The notes under the pieces are model-generated. The model was not told the origin of the DNA and did no database searches. It was given only the letters and a program-made list of their open reading frames with translations. A stretch of DNA of 63,992 nt, counting the filler, from Hausera hauseri (Eukaryota), in assembly GCA_046269625.1 (NCBI GenBank). It is 12 parts of 12 records of this genome, joined end to end, with 100 filler letters (N's around TTAATTAATTAA, not from the genome) between each part and the next. Parts side by side here need not be neighbours in the genome. Positions count along the whole stretch, not along the records: positions 1 to 4,625 come from JBJURY010498908.1; positions 4,726 to 10,429 come from JBJURY010203080.1; positions 10,530 to 16,867 come from JBJURY010111432.1; 9 more parts are not named here. One strand, given 5' to 3'. How positions within the stretch are numbered: position 1 is the first letter of the stretch; every line of letters starts with the position of its first letter. Position numbers and translations under genes: made by a program. This document shows, piece by piece, positions 1 to 13,876 of the stretch.

Positions 1-278
1 CTCAACAAGCATAGAGACCATCATAAAAACACTGCAAATTTGTAGCTTGATGGGTTATACTAACAAGGATCAGCTATTTTTGATGCCACTTATGATTATG
101 CCTTTTAGAGTTTTGAAAGAAATGTCTAAGACATTAAGAATAGGGAACAACTGATGATATACCAAATACATAAAGGAGGCAGGAAAGTTTTCTTTTTTTT
201 TTTTTCCCAAAGGGAACTCAACACCAAATCATTCAGACTTACAAAGAACTTTTTCTTAGATTTAAAAAAGTCTTTAGT

Positions 279-3200
279 GCCTTGTTCACACGTTTTTTGT
301 TTGGAATGTCTAAGGAAATGGTGTACAATTAAACACGAATGTCCAATGGACAGACGGCCGATTAAATTGCTCGTTGTCTGTGAATTTGCCGGAGGTCACA
401 TGATAAAGAAGATAGAACCGCCGCCAATTGAACAGGATCCTAATGCTGAGGGAGATAACGATGAGTTGATTAATACACGTTGTGAAATATGCAACTCTGG
501 TGATGACGATGATCGGCTATTGTTATGCGACCAATGCAATAGGGGATATCATATGTTTTGTCTTCCTGTGCCGCTTTTAGAAATTCCCGACGGGGACTGG
601 TTTTGTAATGAATGTACGATTGTGAGAAATCAGCAGAGTGATATTGCCGAGTATTATTTGTTTTATTTGATTGTATGATTTATTGTTGTGCCAGTGGACG
701 TGGATATGTGCGGGGTATGAGGTCGGTTGTGCAGGATTTGGAAACGAGATTTGCTCGGACAACTGTAAGTGGTTTTATTTCTAGATGTTATGGTTGAAAA
801 TATTGCTTATTCTGTAATGCAATGATTTTTAGATTATTAAAACTATGTAGTATTAAGTTTATAATTATGATTATTTTTGGTCAAATATATAATGTAACTA
901 TAAAACGATTAATAATATATGGCCGGGGTTACAAATATTATTTATCTATGGTAATTACATAAAATGTTCGCGGCTATATAGGTCTTTTATTATTGAAATG
1001 TTACACATGGTTTTTCGATGAGTTTTCTTTGTCCAATGTTTGAATTATTGTTTCAGTCGTTGAAAATTTCTGGTCGGGGCAGTTTGAAAATATAGGTGTT
1101 TTATTGAAAGTTAATTTTAAAGTCCCTGGCTCTAAAAAATTTAAAAACAAGGGACAATGAATCTACACAATGTACAATAATCTAAAATTGGGTCACGCTG
1201 AACTGCCACTGTAATCGGATGAACTTAAAATTCTCTTATTTGTAACCCTAATATATTTTCTGCTTATTGTTTTTCTGTACAGTATTTCTAAACGAAGTGA
1301 CAGATCAATAGCGACGAGTATTAGATAATTCGTCCAAATGTTATAACTAGATTTTCTAAACACTAATAATTCTATCATTCGTCATTCCCCTGAAAATAAT
1401 TAAGAATTTACAGTTCATATTTATGCGTGGCAGTTTTAAAATAACGTCGTCATCATTCAGCAAACCAGACGTAATAGAACCGTTAGGGGCAGAGGACGTT
1501 TGACGATCAATAGAAGGACTGTCGCACGGCAATCATCTTTACAATCATCTAATGACACATCCGACGAAATTGAATTCATTAGAAATCGACCAACACGAAC
1601 TAGAAGGTTAAATAGCACAAACATTTATTTAATATTCATTAAATAGACTGCGACAACCCGATGAAACACCACAACCTACTGAAACTCAAGGTGCCGTCGG
1701 TGACGAGGACAATTCTTTTGATGACAGAACGCCTAGAAGGCATGTTGCTTTATTCCTATAAATTACAATCAATAGTCGTTTTTTACCAGAATTCGTCGAA
1801 GGGTTATTGAAGAGTCTGATGAAGAGAATGAAAACATTGCATGTCAATCCCGACGACGTACTGCACAAAACCAATTTCAGACGAGAAGCTCTGCCAGATT
1901 GACAAGTGACGAATCATCCGGAAGCCATGATGGGACAAGCAGAATGAGAAGTAGACAGGGATCTATCAATTCTGAACTGGACCTGTCTGAAAGCGAACCA
2001 GTCCGGAAACGACGACGGGTCCAACTGAATTGCCAATTCAGCGATTCAACATCCAATGATACCATCTCAACGACAGAGGATTCATCGAGCGAATCCGAAT
2101 GTGAACAGGATACTACAGTTCCAATGGAAAGACGAAGATCCGCACGAAACATCACACGACAACCGATGTCCTATAAATCGGAGGAAGATATCAACGAGTC
2201 AGTGGACGCCATTCAGATCGGACGACGGGCGAGAAGAAAAAGCCAATCAAACGAAACAACAACCGTGACGGACACTGATATTTCCTACTGTACGGATGAA
2301 AATGAAGAGTCGTACAGCAACAAGAGGTCGCATATGAAATCAGACAATGAAGACGGTCCTGTTGGACCGTCAGCTAAACGACTGCATCCGTCGCATGATG
2401 ACGAATCTGGTGCAATAATCATTGAAGAAAAGGTCGTTCAGTCGAATGTGCACGTTAATCAGCTCCCCTCCGAGATTACGTCAGCCACTGCCGTAATGAC
2501 TGAACACGACCGATTACGACATATATCCTCGTCGTCATCACTGTCGACAATTCCCTGTCGGAATGGCGGCACGTTATCCAGTAATTTACCGAGTTGTTCC
2601 AGTCAAGTCGACTCTGGAACGGCTACTGCAGTAGACCAAACTGATCAGTCATCGTCTTACGTTGAGGTAGTTTTTTGACTTGTCGGTATTAATCAATTGT
2701 TGTCTGTAACAGGACAGTAGCGAGTCCGAATATTTACCGTCAACCTCAGCCAAATTCCAACAAACAGTAACAACTAAAAGGCACTGTCGGAAGACCAAGA
2801 AAAATAAGAACCGGAAGAAAAAGAAACAGAAGTCAACAAACCGAGGAAAGAACGTTCAAAATCGAATTAGTAATACTCCACAGAAATTGAGTTTGTTCGG
2901 TCGAGAGAAATTGTTGGATAATTTGTCTTTTCTGATGATTCTTATTTCGCCTTTAGATTGCCTCTGGTGTCTGATATGGATGAAACTGTCAAACTGTCTG
3001 GGTTGTTAACCAGACAAAGGTAAATTATATCCATTTATGCAGCCGCACACTTTATGCAGAATTTATTTGTCTCGTTTTATTTATTCTTTTATTCACTTGT
3101 TCTTTGAAGTCATTTCGGGAGAATTAAACAGAGGAGAATATCATCGAGGGAAAGAGAGATATGGAACGAAAGACAAAACTTTTCGAAATAGAATTCCGAT

Positions 3201-4401
3201 AAGCCGTATGAACCGATTTGTATTTCTAATTTAAAGATGTTAACGGCAAGGATGCACAAAGTGACCAAATTCCATTAAAGAAAGAACAGTATCATAGACT
3301 GTTTAGTAGTAAAATTCTTGGAAGAGTTGTCAATCGATTAGGAATACTTCTTTTGACCCAATCTTTTTCTTTAGTACGAGTAAAAACGATAAAATTTATT
3401 TCTGTCAAATATACTCAATCTTCCTGGTGTCCGTTGTTCTCTGTAAAGTGTGCGGTTTTATATACAGACTAACACCAGTTTATTGTCCTAATTGTAGACA
3501 ACCACCATCCACAGCAGCAATGTCTGCCGTAAATGTTCTATCAAACATCAGTGAGGCACAAAACAATTTTCGTCAGATGACATTACGCACCATCAACCGA
3601 TTATCTGATGGTACAATAGTACATAAACCAGATAATGTCCAACTGATTGTTGTTCGCAATCCAGTCAGCAGCAGCAATGTCCAGTCAACAACGTCATCAA
3701 CGACGACAACGTCAAATCATATCCACCTGAAAGAGCCAACATCGATGAACGTTGATACTCCATCTCCGGTCATCAATAGATTTGTCCATCAACAAATTGT
3801 CGACGTCGTGCCAAAATTGGATGCCATTTGCAACAATTCGTGCAGTTCCCAATTCTCAAATACTCCGTCCGATTGCTCAGGTGCCCATGAGCCGATCGCT
3901 ACTAGTCGATTGACCAATGGATACAAACAGTCCCGGTCTACAGAGGTCGCTGACGTTCATGCTCATTCATCGACAGAATCGGACTCGTTAGACACGATAC
4001 CAGTCAAACAACCGACAAAGGTGAACAGTTTTCATCAGTCGACAAAGGTGAACAGTATTCATGAGCCTACACTAATACCAGAAACTATACCTCAACAAAC
4101 ACTTAATAACCAACAGACAGACGCAGTACCAACGTTACCATCAACCCAATCAGTCCGTCAAAAATCTCAGTCATCCGACAGAGTCCTCCTACGGAGTGAC
4201 GTAGAATTTATCGTGAGGATGGCCGTGGGTTCGAGCAGTTACGTTGGAATGGGTTTGACCAGGTCACAGAAGAACGGTACTATAAAACGGATCGTGGAGA
4301 AGATTGAGAGCAAACGGAGTACATCCAAGAAGACCGTTGACGAACAGAGCATTCAGAATTATGTCAAAAAGTATATGAAGTATGAGAAACATTTAGAATA
4401 A
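279..4401 (+). CDS. PHRF1: PHD and RING finger protein 1-like (multi-exon; 5' end not resolved)
   Basis: RING (PCSHVFCLECLRKW..ECPMDR) followed by PHD (CEICNSGDDDDRLLLCDQCNRGYHMFCL..IPDGDWFCNEC). Then a long Ser/Arg/acidic region and a C-terminal helical domain (VEFIVRMAV..IKRIVEKI..IQNYVKKYM) resembling the PHRF1/SCAF11 C-terminus. Candidate GT-AG introns: 1607-1646, 1744-1775, 2667-2712, 3020-3042. Confidence 0.7.
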
Positions 4402-4625
4402 GGGGAAGTCGTTGGAACAATCGAGGCCATTTTAGGTGGTATTGTTCAGTCAACACTGGTGCCTTACTTCTTTATCTCTATTATTTTTCAAAATCATCTT
4501 TATGCTCTCAGAATTTATTTTAACAAAAAATTTGAACAATTGTCTACCCGTTTATTTGCTTCATATTTATTATTACTAATACTATGTGACTGGTTGCACG
4601 ACAAACGCTACGTTTAATGGTATTT

Positions 4626-4725
4626 NNNNNNNNNNNNNNNNNNNNNNNNNNNNNNNNNNNNNNNNNNNNTTAATTAATTAANNNNNNNNNNNNNNNNNNN
4701 NNNNNNNNNNNNNNNNNNNNNNNNN
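4626..4725. other. Artificial contig linker N44-TTAATTAATTAA-N44 (first of 11)
   Basis: Identical linkers at 10430-10529, 16868-16967, 23503-23602, 27553-27652, 31706-31805, 36692-36791, 44203-44302, 48940-49039, 55355-55454 and 59621-59720. TTAATTAATTAA gives stops in all six frames. Confidence 0.98.
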
Positions 4726-5349
4726 AAGGTTTGTTTTAAAAAAAGAATATAATAAAGCTTCCCGTTGTATATATTGCTCATTCCTATAATGGATTTATAT
4801 TCTACAGAATTATACGCTATCAGGGTTTTATCACAGCCTGGTTTTCGAATTTAGCATCAAACCACAATAATAAAATTGCTAAATTACAACCATGCCATCT
4901 TCATCATTTTGTCCTGTAATGTTGTCATATATTCGCAATACACAAATAGCGATATTTTATTTGTCACAGTGCCTTTTTTCGTTGTAAACTATATAAGCCT
5001 TTTATCATTTCTTTGTCGTCCAATTGTTTTTACACCACGAGAACCTTATTCACCCAACTTCACCCAGTCATTGCGATATATATACCAATAAAAATACAGA
5101 AACAAAGATTCCACAATATTCTACAATGGCTGACATAACCAATAATTAAATCAACACAAAGATAAAATTATCATGTCTAGTTGTTTTTTCGTTTGATACC
5201 ATTCTTAGCAATATGCATTTTCTTACGTTCTTGGATATTTTGTATAATGGGTACGTTATTGATGCTGCGAAAATATTACAGGGGTTTTTCAAAGAACCAC
5301 AAAACTTGATTAAAGCTTTATTATTTGATGAAATGAATTTCTACGCAGA

Positions 5350-6660
5350 AAAATGCGCATAATTACGGACGATAACAACAAACACAACAATGATGAATGA
5401 ACTTCAATTGGTAGATGAAAATTAAACGGTAAATGTGATGGTGCTAGGTAGCGACAGTATCCGTCGGGCAGTAAAACACGTTAGCTTGAACTTAAGTAGT
5501 TTGGATGGAAGAGTAAACGTAAGATTTGAAGCATTCGCCATGAATAATGTCACTGGAAATATGAAAGCTATTGAGTGGGCGAGATACAAAAATGTGTGGA
5601 AACATTTAAAGGTTATACTATTTCCAAATATCAAAAAACGAGCTCATGTCGACGGATTAATCGGAGCGGATTACTTGTCATTACAAAGGTGTACCAGAGC
5701 CCTTCTGATTCCATTATGATTGACTTGTGTCGGTCGAGTTAAAAAACGAGCACCAATATCCACAAATTTCACAAAATATTTTTTCTCCAAAGATATGGAG
5801 TTCCAAGAAGACCTTGAATGGTTGTGGAAAATCGAAGATTACAGCATAAAAGATGGGGAAGTCTTTAAAGAAGATCGGGAGTTTATCGATAAACTATAGA
5901 AAGAAATTACATATGCTGGGACTCGTTACACATTTCCTATTCTTGGAAAGCTGGAGGAGATGTCAGACAAGAATAAAGACATTCGAGATGGATACTAGAA
6001 GGCCTTAATCGACCATCAAGAGAGAGTTATATAACCAAAATAAAGGAACCAGAAATCGACAGTGGACGTGAAATGTATCTACCTCATTCCCAATTGTAAA
6101 GAAAGACAGAAAAACTACAATAATCAGGATAGTATTCGATTAAGCCACCAAAAGTAACAGGGTTTGTTGGGGCTTATTGAATGTTATACGGTGATGGGAA
6201 AACTGTTAATTCAGGAATCATGGATGTTCAGAGTAGATTGGGATAACCTATTACCAAAAATACTAAATGACAAAGCGAATGGATAAATAAAGGAATAAAG
6301 CTTCCTAAATAAGATCAAACTAGACCGAATAATGATGATTCAAACAGCAGCGTTAAAGGTACATATATTCTGTGATGCGTCCAAAGACGCTTGAGGTGCG
6401 GTAGCGTATAATTGTGAAAATTATAGTGGAGAAATAAAAACAACACTTATAGCGTCCGAAGGAGAAGTAACGCCGACCAAAGTAATATTAATACCAAAAC
6501 TGTAACTTATGGCAGCTGTGGTCGGAATAAAATTGAGGAATAAGGTAACAACTGCCTTGTTAATGGAAATTGCCGATGTGTTGTTTTGGTCGGATAGTAT
6601 GGATTTTTTATATTGGATCCGTCAACATGGTAAATGCTAAAAATGTTCATCGTCAACTGA
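5350..6660 (+). mobile_element. Degenerate Bel/Pao LTR retrotransposon pol fragment
   Basis: Pao protease-region motif VDGLIGADY, a YLPH..V.K....T.IRIVFD-like stretch near 6075-6140, and RNase H HIFCDASKDA*GAVAY near 6360-6410. Many stops and frameshifts. Confidence 0.75.
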
Positions 6661-6741
6661 GTTTGTCTTATACAAGAAGGATGCAAATGCAGTCAATAGG
6701 ATACATAAATCTCTCACAGAACCCCATGGTTATTTTAAGTA

Positions 6742-7107
6742 TTGGGTTGGTGCATCATTTCGAGCGTTTTTTTAATTCAATTCTTTTTACTTTAAACAAA
6801 AATTAACATAAAATTTAATCAATAATTTATTCGCCTTTGGTGTTTACAACTTCTTCCCAACGTTCTATAAGCTTCTTAATGCCGCGGCGGTAAAATCATC
6901 TTGCCTCGACTCGAAGAATTCTCTCAACCATGCCTCCAGTTCATGATCATTATTGAACGTAACTCCATACAAAGCATTTGAAATTGATCGGAAAAGATAG
7001 AAATCCGATAGCGCTAAGTCGGGAGAATAAGGGGGATGTGGCAAAACTTCCCAGCCAAGTATTCGAATGGCTTCCTTTGTCATGAAATGTAACGAAACCG
7101 ACTCCAA
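6742..7107 (-). mobile_element. Mariner transposon 3' fragment with TIR
   Basis: LGWEVLPHPPYSPDLALSDFYLFRS motif; TA followed by TTGGGTTGGTGCATCATTT terminal repeat at 6740-6760. Confidence 0.9.
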
Positions 7108-10100
7108 GTTCCCATTGAGTATGGTACTACTCGAAATTGGTGAAAGAATACCCTAAAAGAATAACTGAATACTGTGGTAGAAGGAGTACTGTCACGGCCG
7201 CCAAAATTCGATATACATCCCAGTACGGAAATAGAACTAAAAGCGAGAGGATCATAAAGTCTTCTGATACAGTCTACCCAGCAAACGTTAGTTTTACAAA
7301 CACTGACGAAACAAATGTTGACAAGGCCTATATTCCGAACTACAATCTCCCCGAGAAACCGAGTCTAATACAGTTCAAGAGATTGGTTTCACTAAACGGA
7401 AGTGAGAGTTACCCTTCATGATTAAAATTAAATTAATAGAGCAGAATCAATGACTTTATTTCGTGATGTGAGTTTAGAGGTTTTTGTTAAGCCAACCAAA
7501 AATTTCATGATCCTGGTAATATTTGATTTCCATTTATGGTCCTCTCGGCAATAGTCATCCGCCGAAGTTAGGATGCTTTGTGTTACTCCCTTTATGTATT
7601 CCAAGCAGTGTTGAATCTATTCAAACGCTACGTTGTTCGGGGCAACATATAAAGGCTCTCACAAAACCTGAAGGGGAAGTCCGAGGGCGGTTCGGTATGC
7701 AAAATACCTGCGCCTTTGATCATTGGGTCACAACAAATTCTATATGATCCTTATGCTGACGCGTATCCTCGGTACAACTGTATTTTATTCATCTCCGGTT
7801 TTTAAAAGAAATCAAATATACAACAATCCCAAAATAATGTATGGCATAAATTTCAATTCCAACAAAAGATATATATCCACATACTAAACCACATCCTAAA
7901 ATTTTAAACATTCGAGTTATTGTCTCCTTGGAAGCATGCGATAGTACCGTGTCCATAATTCAGTAAATACATTTATGACTTTCTCTCACGGAGAACGATG
8001 AGAATAAGTCTCACGTCTTAATATGTTTACACTCCAAATAATTACAACGCAAAAACATGTTTAGATCCGTATTTCAACAAAATTTATTTCGGTCAGATGC
8101 TTATGAATATTTCGATTCATATACTCAATATCTCTTCGATTTTGTGTATGCACGTACACTGGTCCATCCCGAATTCAATAAACCATACTTGTCTGTCTAA
8201 ACCCAACTTTATAGCCTTATAGGATTACACACAATTTCTAGAGTCCCTCCTCTATCTAATCCGTCACCAGTCATCTGGAATATGTAAAATCTTTGTCGCA
8301 GAGGTTCTACACTGTCGCTGATTGAACGAACTCCATAACCATAATGTTAACCTTCATCAATTATACCAGATCCAGCAACCATCATCTGTTATTCGAACTA
8401 TCATGAAGCCGAGACATCAAAATTCTTATGAATAATCCATCAAGTGTTACATGAAAGGTTAAAATGTCTTTTCTTCTATATCTAACGATTATCACGTTTA
8501 TATGTCCAATATACAGAATATCCAATAAATCAGGGTCCATAGGATTATATTCTACTATGTAAAGTTTAATTTAAATTTAAGTTTATTGGTATATTTATCA
8601 AGTTCTAAATGTAAACCGATGGGAAACGTCCAGGAAGGAAGTATTACGACTATTGTCAATTTCATCATTCGACCCCAATTGGTCAAAGGTTGGGCAATAA
8701 AAAATCATATTATAAAATGTTCGATACTCAAACCTGGAGATACGTTAGAGATACCATAGGTTCGTATCTGTCGTGGTTTTACATATATACATACGTGCAC
8801 ATACAGAGTCAAAGTCAAATATCACCCATGAAGGTCTCTAAAATCGTCGTTCAAATATATTTACGTTTTTCACGCTAAATCCCAACGAACAGATTAATTT
8901 TTTTTTGGAAAACAAAAGGATTGAGACTCAAAAACAACCAATAACTAGTCTAGACTGGGTGTGATTAACATTACCCCCACAATTACAATCACCCAGTCAA
9001 ACATACTGCACCGCTTTCCATCTTTTTTGCGCTTTATTATTCGACTATCAACAGTAGAATTATTCGTTCTGGAGTCTTGGATAGAATTTCTATTACTTTT
9101 ACTCATCAAGTTCCGTCGACATATCCCGGTCCATTTTCGTCGTCACGAGGACTTTCATTCTTTGGGTCGATCACCTTTCCAACTCTACTCCATACTCTTA
9201 TCAAAATGTGAGCAATAATCGTCTAAATTCAAATTAACTAACGTTCAAAATTAATATTTAATCAACACGGAACCGCAAATTAAAATCAACAGGAAAGTAC
9301 CATTTTGTATTTTAGTAAGGATACTATTTTAATTTTTTCCAAAGCCATAATAAATGGAATCATCGTGAAACCCAATCGTACTTGTAAAAGGAACTATTAC
9401 CACATTATGATTCAAATAACCAAGTAACTCTCGATGTAATATATTCATGGATTTAATTTCTTCTTTGTAGATCAATGTGGGAGAGCTATAAATCTGTCAT
9501 CATCAAAACCATCAAGGCTGTTCATTGCATGGATGTCCCATTAATCTGTACTCAGCAAGCAAGGCTGACCAATGTCATCCTAGATGTTGAACCATCACAC
9601 CTGAACACGGTTTGGCCAAATGTCTCCACACGTTATCTGACGCTAGCTCACATACTGTGTCCATTCATCAATTTACAAATTAAAATTTTATTGAATATAA
9701 ATTGTATACAGAATAATAATAAATTTACAATGAAGTGAATGCAAAAAACAAATTTTTACCGTTTCTTTGGTCATGTGTACCGGAAGAAGAGTCGTTTCCA
9801 ATAGAAGTATTCATTATGAATGAGTTATTCTTCACTTAATGTCTAGATTTCGTTAACCCGAATATGACATCGAATAAACCTACCAGATACTTTCACTAGT
9901 AGTTAACTCTTTTCGAAATATTTCGCGTTTGTATATTGTGCGTTTTTTTGTGATTGCGGTTTCAGTGCCGTATTTATACGCATTATACTGCACGCATTGT
10001 ATTGCATTCTATATTTACACATTTCGACGATATTTCGTCGTTACTTATTTTGGAAAGTTCGCTATCGTAGCGTCACCATTCGTGAAATCAACACAATCCA

Positions 10101-10275
10101 CTCTAAATTCCAAATCTCAATATTTGCCTATCCATCTAATTCCTAATTTCTCTGCAATTTCGAATGTTAGTAATTAACGACATTAATTTTTCTTTTATCT
10201 CAGCGATTGTAATATTGATTGCATTAGTGTGTGCAATTACCTTGGTGTATTATGTAATCCATTTTAAAAGAAATC

Positions 10276-10429
10276 AAATGTAATACTTTCAGAGTACCAT
10301 TCTAACCAATGCAACACTTTCAGAGTAATGTATGGTATATTTTTTCCATTCTAACCAATGTAATACTTTCAGAGTAATGTATGGTATATTTTTTTCCATT
10401 CCAACCAATGTAATACTTTCAGAGTAATG
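10276..10429 (+). repeat. ~50-bp tandem repeat (AATGTAATACTTTCAGAGTAATGTATGGTATATTTTTTCCATTCTAACC) running into the gap
   Basis: About 3.5 near-identical units. The same sequence family recurs at 11735-11790 (inverted) and 11875-11910. Confidence 0.85.
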
Positions 10430-11600
10430 NNNNNNNNNNNNNNNNNNNNNNNNNNNNNNNNNNNNNNNNNNNNTTAATTAATTAANNNNNNNNNNNNNNN
10501 NNNNNNNNNNNNNNNNNNNNNNNNNNNNNGGGTGCAATCGAGAGAAAATACGATTCTCTATATGAATGTGCAATTAGAATTTAAATCGATCCATTGGATT
10601 TCTATAAAATTCCAACTGAAACAGGACCCCTACAGGCCTTTACAGTATAAAATAAAAACAGATAAAATCGAAACTGCGAATATACTAATCGATAGTGCAC
10701 CCGGTGCACTACCGATCGGGAAATGCTCATAGCGGAAGTCCCCTATGGCACCGTTACCATGGCACTTTTGCACTTTTCACATATTTGTCGCTGTACGGTT
10801 CAGCAATGGTCGAATCGATCAGCACCAAGTGCTAGTGGATACAGTATGTCGAGATTCATCTCGATGTGTCCAGTGCAGGGCACATGCACATGTGCAAGTG
10901 TGCAAAAATAATTAATATCGGTTTTCCGATAATTCCAATATTGATGATTATCACATGTGACCGGGTGGATTTGAACGCAAATACGATGCACTATATGATT
11001 GAACCATTAGAATTAAATCTATCGAGTGGATTTCGAATAATATCGTCCCGAAGGTACATAAGTGGGATGGAAACGCACGGAAGCGGAAACATTACAGTTG
11101 AAAATAATTGGTATCGACAATCTTTGTGCTGGTTTTCTGAAGGTATAATTTTTTCAAAATTTTCTGGTCGTCTTGTGATTCTAATACAAATTATTATATA
11201 AAGAAATAATACGGCAAATTCTAGTGCATATCGAGTAAATATTTGAAGAAATTTGGGTGGTCAAAAATATAATTTGTTCTTCATGCATTAAGTGCTCATG
11301 ACATTATTTGTTAATTTAATTTTGAATTTTGAGCCCTCATCTGAAATGGCGAACTTTTATTTATTGAATGAATTGTATATTTGGTGATTTTTATACGAAC
11401 AAACGCTCATGTCGTTTAAAAATGCCGATTAATAAAACTGTAAACGGAGACAGTAGTGTACAAGTGCCGATTCTCCACCAGCCCCGGCTTAGGAGATGCC
11501 GTAATTTTGAAACATAAACATATGAATTCGAAACCGATTCATGGCAACAGAAGAAGAACTGTTACCATGGTACTGCTTCTATGGCAACCGGTAATTGTTT

Positions 11601-12043
11601 GAAAAATCAATACAGAGAAAACCATAAATATATTCATTGAACTGTCGACGTAGTGCCGTCATATAGTTCCAAGAAAAATAAAAATTTAAATATATAATTT
11701 TCCACGATACAACTTGGTATATAAATACATATCCTTGGTTAGAATTGAAAAACATACCATACATTACTCTGAAATTATTGCATATTTGATTTCTTTTTTT
11801 GATTGCGTTAGTGTGTATAACTTTATGGTGTGTGTTTAGTTACGTTGGTATAATATGTAATCCATTTTTAAAAGAAATCAAATGTAATACTTTTACAGTA
11901 ATGTATGATTTATTTTCGATATGTATTTATGTATCAAATTGTGTCGCGAAAAATTATATGTTTGCATTTTTATTTTTCTTGGAACTATATGACGGCACTA
12001 CGTCTATAGTTCAATGGTTTTCTCTGTAAATTGATTTTTTAGA
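11601..12043. repeat. Long imperfect inverted repeat (foldback/MITE-like), arms ~190 bp, loop ~70 bp
   Basis: Left arm ACGTAGTGCCGTCATATAGTTCCAAGAAAAATAAAAAT is the reverse complement of right arm ATTTTTATTTTTCTTGGAACTATATGACGGCACTACGT. The match extends both ways. Confidence 0.85.
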
Positions 12044-12759
12044 AATCGGTAACGCATAGTACACATCGATTTTTATTATCGATAGTGCTCAAGTGTTCGA
12101 TATATGCACTTGAAATATTCGGTGCACTATTGGAATTGAGTGAAAATTAATAATATTGCTTTTCTATGATTCGAATTTGTGAAAAAGTGAAATGGATCAA
12201 GAAAACGATTCTCTATACAACTTTACAAAACGGTTTTAAATCGGTTTATTGGCTTTTGAATAATATCGATTGGAAATTTGATGGTGCAGAACGTACATAG
12301 TTGAATGAAGGAAAAATAGTACAAAATCCCCATATATGAAAACCGTATTGACTGATAAATGAACGATGTGCAGTACACCGTTGTATATTAAATTAACTAT
12401 ATATTATTCAACGAGTCTTGTTTGTTTTTAAATGTGAATTTCAATTTCGATGCAAAATTGGAAAATCTTTAAGCGTAAACAAAGTCCATATTTGAAAAAG
12501 AAATCTGGGTGGTCAAAATGCAATTTGTTCTTGATGCATTAAGAGTATATTTTGTGACTTTTATACAAATAAACGCTACATTGGTTGAGTTGAAATTCAT
12601 TCGATTTTTACAAAAGCTTATCTTAAAAGAAAGTAAAAGTCCGCTGCTAAACTGGCAAACATTTATTTGATAGTTCATTTTTCAGTCATTTAATAAAACT
12701 TATTTATGTAAAATAAATTCATTTAAATGTCATTTCCGTTATTATTTATTATATTTTGC

Positions 12760-13370
12760 AAGTGTATTTGTAAAATATCCATAATCTCTGGAGGTAACTT
12801 TTGAATGCAATTTTCAACTCCTTCCATTCTGTCACAACTGGTTGTTTGAACTGTGTGCGCAATGTTATCGTGCATGAGGATGCAAGGCTGTCAATTTATT
12901 GACCTTCTATCTCGTACCAACTCATTTGAATTGAAGGCGTTCATTGTTTCTTGTAAAAAGGCTACATATTTTTCGGAATCGACCGTTTCGTAACGTGGCA
13001 GAAATTTGAAATGAGAAAGACATGCAAAGCTAACCACAACTAATGCCAGAAACTTCTTTTCTACGGTATTTCCTGGGCATCCTACGATCTTCTGGTTATG
13101 GAGTTGCCGAATGGAGAAATATGTCATAAAGCAAAGAAATACTTCTCATACGGTTACAACCAGGTGCCGTATGATATTCCTTTTTTGGTTAAACAGTTTA
13201 AGCATATCAGTTTTGTGATTCTCACTATGCAAATGAGCAACGTATTTAAACGAAACGCATTTAAATTGCAAATCATAGGTCAGTATCTGTCATACCATTG
13301 TCTGCGACAAATTGCTTCAATTGCTTCGTCACGCTTCCTGCCGCAGCCTTCTTTTCTATTAAAGTTGTAA
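12760..13370 (-). mobile_element. Degenerate Tc1/mariner-like transposase fragment
   Basis: RKEGCGRKR (HTH linker), ETVDSEKYVAFLQ, and CILMHDN motif. Confidence 0.55.
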
Positions 13371-13876
13371 TTGTACCGTTTGGAAAAATGATGTATGATT
13401 CGTTCTCTTTCCTGGTTTCCACCCGTTAAAGTGAACTTACTCAAAGATAACCGTAATGCTTTATCAAGCCTTAGATTTGTGAAATCAAAATAATTGGCGA
13501 ATTCTTCTCCAACGATTTGGCTCGAATCACCTTTTTGATAAATGCTTTGCAACATCGGTGATTTTGAATCCGTCACGTTCGTATGGTCGCCTTCATAGTT
13601 GTTTCGCTGCTTCGCAATCTATGGCCTTTTTGAAGTAGGTGGTAACGTCTATCTACCAATTCGTCATCAGTATTATCACAGAAAAACGGTTGAAACTCAA
13701 TTATCTTGTTGGTGTCAACATGCCTTAGGATACGACGTGCGTTGTAAATTTTCAATAGGAGGCACAATATTTTGTTTAGTACATGATGTTTCGTTTAGAT
13801 TACTACTGATGTTGTCATGACTTGACAAAATGTTATCTGGAGAGGCAGATCTGTCTGAATAGTCTGAGTTTTCCAT
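13370..13876 (-). pseudogene. PSD: PSD/EFA6-family Sec7 ArfGEF fragment
   Basis: EAAKQL*RRPYERDGFKITDVAKHLSK / frameshift / GDSSQIVGEEFANYFDFTNLRLDKALRLSLSKFTLTGGNQERERIIHHFSKRY matches the EFA6 Sec7 domain. Truncated where the transposase begins. Confidence 0.85.

Noticed and set aside
1740-1789. GC-AG intron in PHRF1-like gene
   Set aside because: A canonical GT-AG intron (1744-1775) restores the same frame.
7110-9700. Possible decayed genes, perhaps related to the 17-21 kb orphan family
   Set aside because: Only short ORFs and vague similarity; cannot be supported by eye.
10276-10429. CRISPR-like repeats
   Set aside because: The intervening sequences are also near-identical, so this is a plain tandem repeat.
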